A DNA stretch of 62,866 nucleotides, counting the filler, from Rhabdomonas costata (Eukaryota): NCBI GenBank assembly GCA_019059605.1. It is 48 parts of 48 records of this genome, joined end to end, with 100 filler letters (N's around TTAATTAATTAA, not from the genome) between each part and the next. Parts side by side here need not be neighbours in the genome. Positions count along the whole stretch, not along the records: positions 48,530 to 49,740 come from JAHMHO010023453.1; positions 49,841 to 51,051 come from JAHMHO010023454.1; positions 51,152 to 52,362 come from JAHMHO010023455.1; positions 52,463 to 53,690 come from JAHMHO010023456.1; positions 53,791 to 55,001 come from JAHMHO010023457.1; positions 55,102 to 56,312 come from JAHMHO010023458.1; positions 56,413 to 57,623 come from JAHMHO010023459.1; positions 57,724 to 58,934 come from JAHMHO010023460.1; 40 more parts are not named here. One strand, written 5' to 3'. Both the position numbers and the translations under genes were made by a program. Under the pieces are notes generated by a model. It searched no databases. It was not told the origin of the DNA and saw nothing but the letters and a program-made list of their open reading frames with translations. Shown here in pieces: positions 48,530 through 62,399 of this stretch; position 1 is the first letter of the stretch; each line of letters starts with the position of its first letter.

Positions 48530-49735
48530 GCAATGTGATACGAAAAGAGTCTGCTGCTGGAAGCGCCTGGATCTAGTAGATCCCCTTTCTCCAAACACGC
48601 ACCAACATCTTCCTCCAATCAATGTGCGGCTGCAAACTTGCCAGGAACGGGTACCCCAGTACCACTGGGATCGCTGTCTTAATTACTAGTAGGTGTAACT
48701 TCACTGGCATCTGTCCCAACCTGGCCTGAACTCGAACAAAGTACGTCACCGGCAAACCTTCCCCATTGGCTACTCTCACTGTCAACTTCTGCTGCATGTG
48801 GTGAACCTGCAACCTCAGCTCGCCAACGACATCTTGACTAACAAAAGAGTCAGACGCACCTGAGTCGAGCAATGCTCGCACTTGTTTAGTATCAATCACC
48901 AAAGGTAGGAACAACAACGGCTAAGGGTGTGAGCGGGTCTGGAAAATCTTCGAGCAAGCCACTCCACTCCCGTTCTGTCTCTGAAACGGCAATACGAACA
49001 ACGGTACTGAACAGCTACTCTCACCACTACGAATGCTGGAAACAGCTCTGCTCTCTTCATCAGGCCAACGCTCACTCAGCCATACGAAATCCTCTTCCCC
49101 AATCGAATTCCTCAACAAAACCACATCTCTGCTCACAGAAAGGCTCTCCCGGTGTTTCGGGCAGAATGCACTTCCTTCTGTGAACTGAACTCCATCTGAG
49201 AGAGACTTCTCAATATGTATAAGCGCTCTGGGCTCCACCTCAAAGCTGGCCAACCATCTCCTGCAACTCCCATGGTTGCCTCACCTTCCACTACGAATGG
49301 CTCCTCTCTAAAGCGCACTGCTTTCCCGTTCAACCTCTTACTCCCCATTGACATCTTTTCTTTCCACGTCAGCTCTCCAACCGAAATCACATCAAGCGAA
49401 GAATATCCCTGAACTCCTGACTTCGGAACCTCGGCTGGGGGGCTTCTGCTCGCGACTCCGTTAGCAATCCCCTTAACGCTTGCCTGTGCTGTGACATCTC
49501 CAACTGAACCTTTCGCAAATCTTGAGCAATTACGTGTGAATCTTCCAATTTCCCGGGTGAGGAAAGAGCCATCTTTTGCGAAAAAGGTCTAACTTCCAAA
49601 GATCCGAGTCCACCTTGTCGTTGCTCTCCTCTTCCACTTATGAGTCTTCCATTCCTCCACTGTGATGTGTACTCCACTACCACATGTGGCTCTGCCTCTG
49701 AGCACTCCACCCTCACAAGTGAGGGTGCCTACCCA
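48530..49735 (-). mobile_element. Ty3/Gypsy LTR retrotransposon fragment (degenerate gag-like region plus aspartic protease 48917-48573)
   Basis: VRALLDSGASDSFVS...VRVANGE...VVLGYPFL...PHIDWR is the Gypsy retropepsin pattern; in-frame stops flank it. Confidence 0.9.
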
Positions 49736-52575
49736 CCACCNNNNNNNNNNNNNNNNNNNNNNNNNNNNNNNNNNNNNNNNNNNNTTAATTAATTAANNNN
49801 NNNNNNNNNNNNNNNNNNNNNNNNNNNNNNNNNNNNNNNNGGGTTGGTGGTAGCACTGGCGAAACGGCCGGGCCAGGCGGTTTCGCCAGTGCTACCACCT
49901 ACCACCTAGTCTTCGAGTCGCCGGTCGGCACCATTTCCATTGCATAGCCTCCCCAAACTAACCCGGAAGACAAAACGCCTCCCCCGAGACTTCGACTACT
50001 TCGCGGAAAATCCGAACCGGTCCAAATTGAGGAAAAAAAAGCAAAAAAAAAAACAGCCATTGCATTTGCGCCTCCTTCCCCCAGCTGTATCCGCTTTGCA
50101 ATGCGAAAACCAGCTGAATGGATTTGTTGAGCCCAGTGGCACTTATCCTCCCCCCCTGCTTCGGTCGCATAGCACCCCGAAAAATATGGAAATAGCAAAA
50201 AAAAAAAAAAAACAAGGCTTCGAGACCCTTGCTGAAACTGTTATCTGAGTTGTTTTTGAATAGAAAAAAAGGACTATCCAACATGAACATGGAGGACAGT
50301 GGAAAGACATCAAATGAAAATACGCGGAAATAAATTGTAAGGAACACGAAAACGATTCCGACGGAAAGAGGACGCACCGGCCGACCAGCTCCAGCAGTCC
50401 AATTGGAGTGGCATAGGTAAGCAGCTCATCCACCCGAAGAGCAAGCTGAACATCGACGAGGTTGGCTGTAGCGAACCACGCCCGCAGTCGGAACAGAATG
50501 GGTGGCGACAGCAGCAGCATGTTCGCCGGGATTTTCCGCCGCACAGGAAGGGTCACAGTGTTTTGGGGAAGAAAGGCGGCCAGGAACGACCAACGCTGAA
50601 GAGTGAAAACAAAAAAAGCGAAGATGCAAAGTCAACGGGAGAGAGGGAGAGGCTTGCCCGCTCTCTCTCCACGAGAGCAAGTGTCGGAGAGTTTACATCA
50701 AAATCTCTCCACGATTTTCCGACAATGACCCGAGGCGGCCTTTCTGGTGCAATAGTGGAGAGAAAAGTAAAATTAAAAAGCATGTAAAGAAACCAAATAG
50801 GAGGACCAAAAATGAGGAATGAGGAAATTGAAGAATTGTGGAACACAAACAGGTCTCACACCGGGCCAAGAGGCTCCCCAAAGAAAAAGTCAAGCACGTC
50901 AAAGCCATAGTCAAATAGCGTCTGTGGTCGTTGTGGCTGCAGAAGAGAATCAGCCTGCCCAGCAATCCACACCGAAGCGCAACGTGCTAACACTGGGGAC
51001 AGCATGGGCAGCCCCATGCGATGGCCCTTCAGCCCGTCTAAACCCCAACCCNNNNNNNNNNNNNNNNNNNNNNNNNNNNNNNNNNNNNNNNNNNNTTAAT
51101 TAATTAANNNNNNNNNNNNNNNNNNNNNNNNNNNNNNNNNNNNNNNNNNNNAAGGTGCTCAGTCTGACTCCGTTGGATTTTCCATCTGGTGTTTCAGAAC
51201 CCTGGTCCTCCATGTCCAGGCAGGCTGTCTCTGTCTTGTTTGAAAGCCATGGAGAACATTAACTCGTGGAGACGCCCCTGAAACGACACCCATCGGCGTA
51301 GTGTGCTGAAAATTCGTCAGTCCAACCTTCCAAAAGTTCTGTGCAAGAGCGGCTGGAGGTTTTCTCTTATCATTCATCCGCTTTTAATTTCTGGGGGAAG
51401 GGGTGGAAGGGGAGGAACACTAAGCCCTGGGTCCGTATACAAAGTTATTTGAGGGGTCCTCCTCCCCACTACCCTCCTGTGCAGTTTGGAGATTGTCCTT
51501 GCTCGTGCTTTGACCAGGATAAAGTCCCGTTTGTTTGAGTTGCAAAGCAAGTGCAAAGAAATCCAAACGACAGGGAAGGCGAGGATAGTGATGAAGCTTG
51601 GTGCTGGGTGCCATTAGTGGGATAGTAAGGAAACGTTGTCCCGTCGGAGGCCATAATTTTTGTGTTTTGAGCGAGGAGGATGATGGGGGTTAGGGGAAGG
51701 TTGACGTTGTTGCCTTCCTGGGGGACCTCTTCTATCACACGCGATATGGGCCGGCCCCCCAGGGTCCGGCAGACTCTCCCCGTTACAAGCAAACCTTCGA
51801 TGACGTCTACACTGCTCCTTCGCTCAAGTCGGCGCGATGGTCCGCGGGGTCCATTGTTTTTCTTCCATTATCTTCGGAGTTTTCTTCAAGGTGGATGTCA
51901 TCATGAGATGCACGGTGCACTTTTCACAAAAATTGGGGGATGGCGCCGGTGTGTCGACTGGTATGAATACGTTTTTTTTTGCTAGACCGACCCAAAGGCC
52001 TCAAAAGTCCCTGAAAGCGCTTTTTGACACACTGCAGCGTTCCGGCCCATTGCGAGTACCCATGGTTTCCACCCCGGCCCCGTCCAAAAGCTCAGGCCCA
52101 GTTCGCCGTCTTGCAAATCCAAGGTCTATTTTTTGCAATGAGGTTCTCGTTATGCATCGCCACTAATTGTACAGTGGATGCAGCGCAAAGCCAAGAAAAT
52201 GGGCAAGTTACCACTGCCCACTCCGCCCCTGTCCTTCTCCTCCTTCACCTTCTCTTCTTACCCCTCCTCTCGTATATCTTTAAGGCCTCTCTCACAATCC
52301 CCCACCCCAACCACAAAAAATCTCTTTCTTGCTCTCATTGTTTCCCCAGCCCCCCACAAACCNNNNNNNNNNNNNNNNNNNNNNNNNNNNNNNNNNNNNN
52401 NNNNNNTTAATTAATTAANNNNNNNNNNNNNNNNNNNNNNNNNNNNNNNNNNNNNNNNNNNNTGTGGTGGGTGTGTGTGGTGGGTGGTGGACTGCCAGTG
52501 AAGAGGAAATCATTCATGGCTTGGGATGTGTGACAGCTGGAAACTTTATTCCAGCCCTTCCACCTCTTGCCTTGC

Positions 52576-52577
<2 letters not shown>

Positions 52578-52623
<46 letters not shown>
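52578..52623 (+). repeat. (TG)n microsatellite
   Basis: About 23 perfect TG units. Confidence 0.95.
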
Positions 52624-52625
<2 letters not shown>

Positions 52626-55119
52626 ATTGTTAACTTGGGTCATTGTTAAGGGTGACATTTTCTCTTGTGTACTTTCCAGTTTTTGCAGCCTTTCTCAGAA
52701 TGACCAATTTTTTGCATTTTGGTTTGCTCCATTTGGGGCGAATCCGATGAGGCTGCTTGTATGCCCTGCGTCCATTCCTGCTTTCTCGAGACATCGAGGA
52801 ATGGAGTCTAGCGATTTTGCGATTGTGTTTTCGACCCATTGTCGCTGTCCTCCCCTTGGATTTGCTCCTCCTATGTTGTGTAACACAAACACCTTGTGAG
52901 CTTCGCAAACATCCGCCTCAAGAGTTCGGCTTCCAAAAGTCAGGGACCCTGGAAAAGGCTCCGTGAACTCCTCTCCCACCTCTCTTCTTCTTTCCGAAAC
53001 TTTCTTTACGAAGCTATGCATGCGTAGCGCAGCGGAATGCCTGCAGCACCTCCGCTCTGGAGTTATCCTTCGCAGTGAATAACAAGCCCCCACCAGGCGT
53101 CGCATTGATGGCGCCACGGGGGTTGACTCTGTGCCTGCGTGTGTGTTTGCAAGTGGCTTTCAGCAGGGTGCAGCCTTGTGAATTCGTGGATGCGAGCCTT
53201 GCGCATTGTGATGTGGCACTTGTGGTGCTGTTTCTGTGGGTGAGTTTTCGGTAACCTTCTGACTTCTTCACCCCGTTCCTTTGCTGCCCCCCTTTCCCTT
53301 ACTTCCCTGGCTTTCCTCCAAGAGAATTTGCCATTCTGTGTCCGTTGCTGTGCCTGTATTCCCCTTGCTCTTGCTGTATCCCTCCTGTTGTGCAGTTGTG
53401 TGTAACCCCCCAGCACAGCGTTTTTATTCTTGTCACTTGTTCTTTGCATTTCTCCGTAAAAATGCCTTTGCATGGCTACTCCACATGCTCCAGCATCTTG
53501 CAGCATGCATTCAGTGAGGGTCTCAGCGTTCTCTCCGAAGCTGTGCGATTAGTTGTGTTCGTCGGACTCAAGGTTTTAGATGGTACTTTTTGGAGGGCTT
53601 GGGTGGATGGGGCATGCAAAGCCTCAGCTTTTGTCTTCTTGCCTGGCGGTTCGGTTTTTGAATTGCCGTTCCGAAGCCCTCCAAACAACANNNNNNNNNN
53701 NNNNNNNNNNNNNNNNNNNNNNNNNNNNNNNNNNTTAATTAATTAANNNNNNNNNNNNNNNNNNNNNNNNNNNNNNNNNNNNNNNNNNNNGTGTTGGGTG
53801 TGTGTGGGGTTGTTGTGGATCCTGAGGTCTTCACTGCACTCCCCGACCTTGAGCCATAAGCTCTGGGGTAGCAACCTGTTTTCCCTTCTGATGTTTTGTT
53901 CACTGCAATGGTGGATGTTGGGTTAGTGCGTCAATTCTGGATTTGCTGTGGCCCCTCTTTGCTCTGGGACAACCCAACTCCACCGCCCAGTGTTGCTCTG
54001 TCTTATGTGCTTTGTGTATGCCAGGGCTTGTGGGGCCATCAATTTAGCTATAAGGTCGGATCCTTCACTGATCGCAGCTCTAACTCCACACAGGCTTTAG
54101 ACCAGACAGACCAGACCCTCTTTTTTGGTGATGCAGGCTGCAATTGGCACACCTGCACACTATTCCGGTGGGAAATCAAGGTGGATGGCTGTGTGCATGC
54201 ACTTCGTTTTATAAGTAGGCCACTGCATACAGCTTCCCCCTTGCCTGCCAGCGTTTTGTGGGAGTCTTTTTTGCTGCTGTGGATCTTGAATGCAATGCGT
54301 CGTTGTCTTTTCCTACGTTCCTGTCGATATGTGAACCCTCGTGGTGTCCCTGTCAATAGGTCGATGCTTGTTTGCCTTGCTGTTGATTCCATCTCGGGTG
54401 CACCTGTGGCTGGGTGCCTGGAGACAGTTCGCGTATGTCGGGTGAGGGGTTGACGCTGTACAATAGAATTAGAGCCTGAGTTCGGTTCAGTTGTTGAGAT
54501 CTCGTTTGTGGTCGAGGATTTTGTCCTTCCCCCCCCCCTCCGACACATGCACAAACCGCACCTTCTATGGCTTCTGCCTCCCACCTTCGGACTCCAGCGC
54601 ATTCTGCCTTGTGTGAGCCCTTTAACAGCTTGTCCCTAAAATGCGGAGAGCGAAAACTGTGCGAGCTTGCAGTTAACTCGGAATGAAATGCATCAGGGTT
54701 CACAAGCAGGCTTCAGAAAAAACGTTTTTGTGTTCCACACGATTCAATGAACTCTGTTTCTGGGATTGAGCGTGGCGCATTCCTGATGTTTTTCCACTGC
54801 ATTGCGGTGGATGTAGTGGTGTTCACCTGTATTGTGGCAGCCGCGTTTGTTTTTCTTTCTTCCGATCCAAGAGACATTCGACATCCAAGCACAATGGCGT
54901 GATTTTCTGCATTTTTTCTCTGAGGAAGGAAATCGAAAGCGGCGGTGGCACAGCGACAGCCGCCACGATGGCGCTCTCTTCGCTCCCAAAAACAACCAAA
55001 ANNNNNNNNNNNNNNNNNNNNNNNNNNNNNNNNNNNNNNNNNNNNTTAATTAATTAANNNNNNNNNNNNNNNNNNNNNNNNNNNNNNNNNNNNNNNNNNN
55101 NTGTGGTGGGTGTGTTTGC

Positions 55120-55880
55120 GTGGGTCCCCGCGGGTGCATCTCTGGACAAGGGGTTGCATTGACTTTGGGTTCGCTCCAAGATCAATGAGGGTGGGCGTAT
55201 GTTCTCAGAAGGAGTGCGTTGCTGTTCGGCTTTTCGACCGCTCTATATCCCTGGACCGCGATGCCTTCATCAGCTCCCGGAACGAAGGTGCCAGTTCGGG
55301 GGGGGGGTGTTGGGAGATGATGAACCTTCCTTGGCAAGGGACTCAGCGAGCCTTTTTTCAAGCCCGAAACCGGGGCAGTTATGGGGCGGCGCTGTTTTTT
55401 CGGAATTGAGCGGGAGTTTGCGTTTTCAAGGGTGGTGGAGCTTCATAAAGCAACGCAGAGCCCATCTGCCTGAACGTACCAGGAGAGACGTACCTTGGTG
55501 ATCTGGAGTTTTAGTAAATTCTATTGAGAGACCAACAGCCCATACCCATACCCATACCCCAACGCAGTGCCCAGCTTTCTCTGCTCTGAACTTCGTACAA
55601 AGTGTGCAGACTGCCCTGCCCATCTTCGACCGCCAAAGGGCTTTCTTGTTGCTTTTTTCTTGGCAGATCCCGAATACAAGCGGCCAACTGCCTCTGCAGA
55701 AACCGCCCTCGAGTAAACTCCAGGGTGTCCATTAGCCTCCGCATGGTCCATGCCTTCCCCCTCAGCGACCGCATGTTCCACGGGATGTCTACGCTGGGTT
55801 TTTACCTTTGCACAGAACGCTTCAAGGATCGCCCTTGTGTTACTGTAGGGGTAGATGTTGACTTTCCAGCCATTGCAGGC
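55120..55880 (-). mobile_element. Decayed tyrosine recombinase (YR retrotransposon or Crypton-like)
   Basis: LHTLYEVQSRESWALRW (box I-like) and ATHSF*EHTPTLIDLGANPKSMQPL (HxxR box with Arg CGA changed to TGA at 55207-55205); frameshifted. Confidence 0.5.
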
Positions 55881-56448
55881 TGGAGAGGCGAAGCTAGTTC
55901 CGCTGGCTTCCCCTTCAGGAACGTCTCCCTCCCCTATCTTGGATGCCGTTGCAGCCCCTTTTCTCCATCCGGTGCTGTCGTTCCCTCTCTCTCTCTCTCT
56001 CTGTCTCTTCCGTCTGCCCTTCTCCAATCCACCTGCCCCTACCACCCCCCACCCTGGTTTTCTCCTCTGTCTTTATTGCTTGTTGTTGTTGTTGTTCTCT
56101 TCTTTCTCTCTCTTCTCTGCTTTTGTGTCTTTCCCCTCTGTTGGTGTTGTACAAAACCCCGCTATCTTCTGTCCTCTCAGCGGATCTTGTCCCCTCTGCT
56201 GGCACGCTCTTCTTCCTTCCCTCGTTCTATGTTCTCCATAGCGTTTTTTCCCGTTGCTGAGCTCGAACGTCCCCCTCCCTCTCCTCAACCCACCCCCCCA
56301 ACACACCCAACANNNNNNNNNNNNNNNNNNNNNNNNNNNNNNNNNNNNNNNNNNNNTTAATTAATTAANNNNNNNNNNNNNNNNNNNNNNNNNNNNNNNN
56401 NNNNNNNNNNNNGGGTTGTGGAGGAGGGGCGGGGAGCACAAGGCATAC

Positions 56449-56562
56449 CAATACAGCACTCCGTGTCCGCGCACATCGAGGTGCTGCACACCGTGCTGGC
56501 ATTGCTGAGGGCGTACCCTGTCGGGCAGCTGTAGTTGCTGCCGCAAGTGGGACCCGTCTTAT
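56449..56562 (-). CDS. 6-Cys module exon, copy 3 (phase 1-1)
   Basis: gcgcag|(D)KTGPTCGSNYSCPTGYALSNASTVCSTSMCADTECCI|gtatgc; 114 nt; not in the ORF track. Confidence 0.82.
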
Positions 56563-57098
56563 CTGCGCATCACCACCCCCATTAACAAAGTGCCGCAGCA
56601 GCCACATCAGCGGCAGGGACGCATCTACCCGAGGATAAGGTTACCTGCAGCATGCCTGTGGGATAGACCCAAGATTGACTTCTTTTGCAATTGTCGAAAC
56701 ATATTATCGGGTCATACAATCGTACTGATATACGATATGCCATATCTTCTCTGTATATGAAAGAGAGATCATTTGAGCATAATCGATTTTCGTGTGTAAA
56801 CGAGCACAAGCACTAAAGGTTGGGTCCCCGGTGCCCCAGATATAGTTATCCAGACGTTCCTTCCAGTGCTGCAGAGGAAAAACACCGCTAGGATGGAGGG
56901 AAGGAGTGGAGCGAGGCGAGCTCAGCGGGAAGAGAACTCCCACCTAACCGGAAACCTTTTCCTCGTACTCTGGCCGACGCCGCTGACCTGATTTAGGCAA
57001 GAACAGAATCACAAACAGAAACAACAGTCGTGGAAGGAGGTAGCAGAAAAGTGTGGACCTAAGGAGAACACGACACTGCCTAGGGGCACCCGAGGTAC

Positions 57099-57365
57099 CG
57101 GCCCCCTGGCTGTTAGGCCCCCCGTGGTGACAAGTCGACCACCCAGAACCGCCACCCCATAGTCAGAGCAGAGTGCTGGTAAAGAGGCCTGGGCGTCCCA
57201 GCTCACCCCATCCGGGGAGGACCAGGTATCATCATATGTACCCTCGTTGGCCCCACCCAGGATCCACAACTCACCGCGGTACGAGACGAGTGGGGCGTAG
57301 CGCGGCGTGAAGGGGGTGTCTGGGCTGATCATGTACCAGTTCGCGCCATCAGGGCTCCGCCACAC
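57099..57365 (-). CDS. Kelch/BNR(Asp-box)-like beta-propeller exon
   Basis: VWRSPDGANW...FTPR...LWILGG...DTWSSPDGVSW...LVTTGG; two SxDGxxW boxes plus GG turns; AG/GT bounded. Confidence 0.85.
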
Positions 57366-60300
57366 CTGCGGATAGCAAACGCCGCAGCAGAAGGCAGAGC
57401 AGTCCTCACAAGGCCAACCGCACAAACTGAGCAGAAGAATTTGCAGCATGCCTGATCAACCGAGCAGCTCATAGTTGTGTTTGCGTTTGAGATCGTATTG
57501 AGGCCTGGTCAGCAGCGACGTGCCCTGTCCCATTTTGTAACGAGCATTTGATTTTCTTCTAACCTGCCTTTGCATTCGGAATTTCGTAAACCTCGCGCCT
57601 TTTGGAAGTGCATCCCACAACAANNNNNNNNNNNNNNNNNNNNNNNNNNNNNNNNNNNNNNNNNNNNTTAATTAATTAANNNNNNNNNNNNNNNNNNNNN
57701 NNNNNNNNNNNNNNNNNNNNNNNGGGGGGGGGTGTCGTGGACCAAGCTCTGCAACAGTTCCCAAGGTGAGAGTTGCAAACCACAACTGCAAAGCAACAAG
57801 GAAAACCTGAAAGTGTTCCGGTGGATCACAAGACATGTTTTTCAACACAGTATGCAACCAAAAACAAATCGCAGTATATCCGTTGACACAAGATCACTCT
57901 TCCGGCGGTAATGCACAACTAACATTAGGATTACACACTTTACAGCATTTTACAGCAAGCAATTCTTTTCAACTCCTCAAACCCTGCAAGCCAGAAAGCA
58001 ACATTATGGTAATGCTTTTTTACCTCTCACCTTCGAGGTGGCACGCAGTGTTGAAGGTAAAGTGGTAGCAACCTTCCAACTTGTGATCGAATGCAATGTT
58101 TACGGTTGTTTACGTTGAATGTCTCCGGCTGGGTGCTGCCTGGAACAGCGTGGGAGGAATCCTCCCCAACTGGGCGGCCCCACTCTCCTACTGGACTGGG
58201 AGAAGCTTTGGGCTGTAGGGCCCTTGTGCATTCACGTTGCAGGGTTGTGAGTTCCAGTTCCGCTGCGCACGTAATTGTAGCAGGGGCCCTGCGATTATTT
58301 TGAAATATCAATCAGACACCGAACACGCACAAGCATGTAAATATGTTTGCGGTGGTGTCTGGACTTTTGGTATCCGTCCATGGTCACAAAATCAACGGTG
58401 GTTGATATGTGGCAGCAAAATCTGTGCTGCCACAGTGTTCCATTGAAAGTCTGAAAATACTCCGAGAGCAAACGGGAGGCTGGTTCAGACAAAGCTGTTC
58501 ACTATTCTGCACAATCTTCTCGCAGCTCTGGATCCCGCAGCGCAGCCTCAGGCTGAAGGCTACTCGGAGGTATCTGTCATGCCATATATTGCGCACCGGT
58601 TGCATTTTCTCTCGTTTATCTTCATTACCACATTCCCACAGAGTCCAGAGGTATTTTTTTTCCAGATTTACTGCTGATTTACTGTTCGGGTTTTGATGCC
58701 ATACTCTTTCTTTCCGCGGTGCATCACAAAAAGGGTGCAATGGAATTTTGAAGCAACACAACAGCAGGCCCCCGAAACGCTGCGTGGCCGGTCCTTGGGA
58801 TCAGAGTTTTCTGACCTGGTTGTGATGCCCATTAGCGGCTCTTTCGTATCCCTTTGTACCGCTTCTTTCCCGGGCAGCGGAGGGTTTACCACACCACTTA
58901 CAAGGCAGGTACGTCATGCACAGGACAAACCCCCNNNNNNNNNNNNNNNNNNNNNNNNNNNNNNNNNNNNNNNNNNNNTTAATTAATTAANNNNNNNNNN
59001 NNNNNNNNNNNNNNNNNNNNNNNNNNNNNNNNNNGTTGTTTTGTCTCTTTACGAAGAAAATTTATTGCTGGAAAATTTGCTGCTCTACTGCTCACGTCAG
59101 AAGGTGCGCTTTTCATGCGAGCGTAGTTTTCTGGCTTCTCTGAATTGGACTGTTTTGATGCCTGCGCATTTCTTCTTCTGGTGGTATTCCGTGACTGTGT
59201 GACTATCGCAGTGACCACGTACCACTTGGCCGCGGCGAAGCAGGGAACAGCTGCGGTTGACACCACGTGAGCTGTGCAACCGTGAGTCTCAGTGAATGCA
59301 GACCAGCTGGGTTATTTTTGAATGGGGAAGACTGCTCACCAGTGAGGGCCACGCTCCGCTCCGCCGCTTTTGTACAGCCGTGCTCGTTTTTCGAAGGGTG
59401 CCACGTTGCTGGTCCCTTGCAGAGATGCTATGCTGGGACTTCTGTCCTTTCCACCCCCACCCCCCCGCTGGCACCCAGTGCCCGCTGGTCTGTATGTCTG
59501 TATGATTCCTGGAGTTATGACAAGTCAAGTTTATCTGCACTCACTACCTTGTTCTCCTCTCGTTGCTAATATTGCTAATCATTTCACACATTACATCTCC
59601 AAACCACTGATGTACACTTCGATTTTCCTTGCCCTTTTTTTTGTCAGAGAGGAGGGGTGAAATTTTGGCCCTTTTCTTCCCTCTGCACTTTCATGAGAGT
59701 GGATGTCATTGCTCTTCTGTGTGCTTCTTCGTACACCCTTTCGTGTTTCGGAAAGGGAGCTGAGATGTTTCCTTTGCCGCGGATTGACTGCGTTTGTTTC
59801 CTTCTTTGGTGGCTGCTTTCCTTTCCCATGCGCTGTCTGAGTCGGCCTTCTTGGTCGAGCTGCGAGTGAGCATGGCATGTATGCCAGAGTAGCGTGTTTA
59901 CCTTTGTGCCACTGTAGAGGAGGTATGTTCATGTTTCTCTTTTGTTCACCCCTGCGCAAGGATTATCCATGCGTCACTCCTCCCTCCTCTTTCCTCTTTC
60001 ACTCAAAAAAAAAACCTTGGGGTCTCGCTGATTGAATCTTTGACCAGCCATGCCCCTCTCCTGTATGCTGTCAACGTAAATTTGTTAACGGCATAAAACC
60101 AAACAACCAACGAGCAATCTTGTTTTCACTTGTGTGCGCGCGCGGCTGAGTGTAAATTTGAGAGTACCTCTCTAAGACGGCTCCCTTCGTGCGCCTTCTG
60201 CACTCCCGACCCTCACACTACGCTTCCCCCCCCCCTTCCTCGCCCTGATNNNNNNNNNNNNNNNNNNNNNNNNNNNNNNNNNNNNNNNNNNNNTTAATTA

Positions 60301-62399
60301 ATTAANNNNNNNNNNNNNNNNNNNNNNNNNNNNNNNNNNNNNNNNNNNNTGTTGGGTGTGTTGGGTGGGGTGGGGGAGGCGGTAACCGTTCCCAGTGATT
60401 ACGGTGATACTGGACAGCGGCAGAAGGGAAAGAGGGGGCCCGCTTGCCTATAAATTACAGTGCGACGCAATGACAAACGCACACGGGCTCCTGAAAAAGA
60501 CAAATACCTAAAAGCCACAACTTTACCGACCCTCTGTGCTGATTTCACACGATCGTGCATGATAAATCGGCAAAAAAAATCGAATTAAAAAGACAAGAGC
60601 CGAGACCTGAAGGCTTGGGCCCCACTTTGAAGCTGCACCCCGTGACGACCACCTTGGGGGTCGGCGTGGATGACCCCGAGGATCGCTCACGCTCCCTGGC
60701 CAACAAAATGTGATTGCAGGGCGTAATCCTCGAAAACCTGTCACCGATCACCTATCCCTAGCACGGGCTCGATCCGCTGCGAAGGCTGTAAGGAGTTTGA
60801 TCGGTCTAATGTGAAGACCGATCAAACCACCGAAGGAACCCTTGTTGAATCCAAATTGGAACCCCATCTAGCTCGAAGCTTCATTGATGCCCGTCTTCAT
60901 CTGGAGGGAGTGGACCAAAACTGTGTGGGGAAGGTAAACTAACAAATAAGGTTTCCTGCGAAGATGTGATGGAAAGTGGACTGGCAAGAGAGGTGCTTGA
61001 GCAGGGCAGCGATTTGAAGGGATGATGCACAGCGCTACGTTGGCACTGAGCACGAACACGTTACGGCCCGCACGTTACGGTTCCCCTGTCCCACCCCACG
61101 GTCGACCCCCAGCAGCAGAGGTTGGTGCCGTTGCCTAATCGAATGAGAGAAACGCCGACCTCTAAACTTGTGAGATGTGGGAAAAGACAATTTCAGGTGT
61201 AATCCCATCATCCCCACGAAACTTTCCACCGATTTATCAAACCGTTTTTGAAAACTCCATGGTTTTTAATTCCTCTTTGTGTTTTACGAATTTTTTTCAT
61301 GCTGGCTTACGAAATTGACAGCCATGCAAAAAGGCTCAGACCTATGATACTACCAACTACCTACATCAAGACTACGGCAAGATCGACGGTAAAAGGTAAC
61401 CCTGACAGAAATTCCTTTTTCCAAATAAAATTGACTCTTGTCATCACTTTTTTGAGTCGCTTCATAACGTTCGGGATTGTAGCATCTCTGTCCTAATTGT
61501 CCGCCAGTTGCCCATCAAAGCTCAAACGCTTCACGCCCCCCACACCAAACACACCAACCNNNNNNNNNNNNNNNNNNNNNNNNNNNNNNNNNNNNNNNNN
61601 NNNTTAATTAATTAANNNNNNNNNNNNNNNNNNNNNNNNNNNNNNNNNNNNNNNNNNNNGGGTGGGTGAGGGTGCGCGTGGGCGTGCCTGCACTCGTGCG
61701 TGGGTTTGAGTGGTTGTGGGGGGACCCCGATATTGGTAGTGGTTGTACCAGTGTGTTACAGTTTGCATTTGGAGGTTCCCGTCTTTCTCTCCTTCGTTAT
61801 GATGAGGGAGACGTCAGTCCTCTAGTTCGAAAATACGCATGCCGTTCCACGTAGTAGACAGACAAGAGAGAGAGAGAGAGAGACAGTATAGTAGGGAATT
61901 GGCCCAAGTGGGCCGGCCCATTTGTCAGTACTGCGGTTGGCTTGCATCTCCCGGTAGGGCTCTATACATCCTGTGCCAATAGCTTACTTTTTGGTCGGAG
62001 CGCAACGCTTTTTTTCGGGTCAGTATACGTTGAGTCGAGACATGCATTTTCTTCGTTTTGTGATGCCCTCGCGCAACCTACCCCCTGACAAAGCTTCCTT
62101 TCCTCCCAGCTTCCCCTTTCTTGTGTGGCCAGTGTGGCCAGTGTAGCCTCTCACCTCTTGGTGGTTTTGATGGCTGAACCGTCCGACCCGAGATTTCCCA
62201 AAACCTTTGTGTGACGTGAGTGTGTTTGGGCCACAAAAGTTCCGAGAAATGGTGCACGCCAGAAAAATCAAAGTGACAGCCCATGACCCGTTTGTCATAG
62301 GAGCAATGCCAACATACGCAGTTTCTTCACTGCAACCATCTTTCCCTTCCTGGCACTCTCTGTGATTCCATGAAAGTCGTCGCGACAAGGGGACCGAAA

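Noticed and set aside
50377-50522. Possible exon MLLLSPPILFRLRAW...LELVGR with a non-AG acceptor
   Set aside because: Several frames are open and there is no homology to fix the frame or boundary; it could simply be a first exon.
55602-56312. 252-aa plus-strand ORF
   Set aside because: It runs through CT-rich low-complexity sequence into the linker; the opposite strand carries the more interpretable recombinase-like motifs.
1214-61659. Regularly spaced TTAATTAATTAA repeat with unique ~1.2-kb intervals (array-like or nanochromosome-like)
   Set aside because: It sits inside N runs and is a six-frame-stop linker added when contigs were concatenated. No synteny between neighbouring contigs can be inferred.
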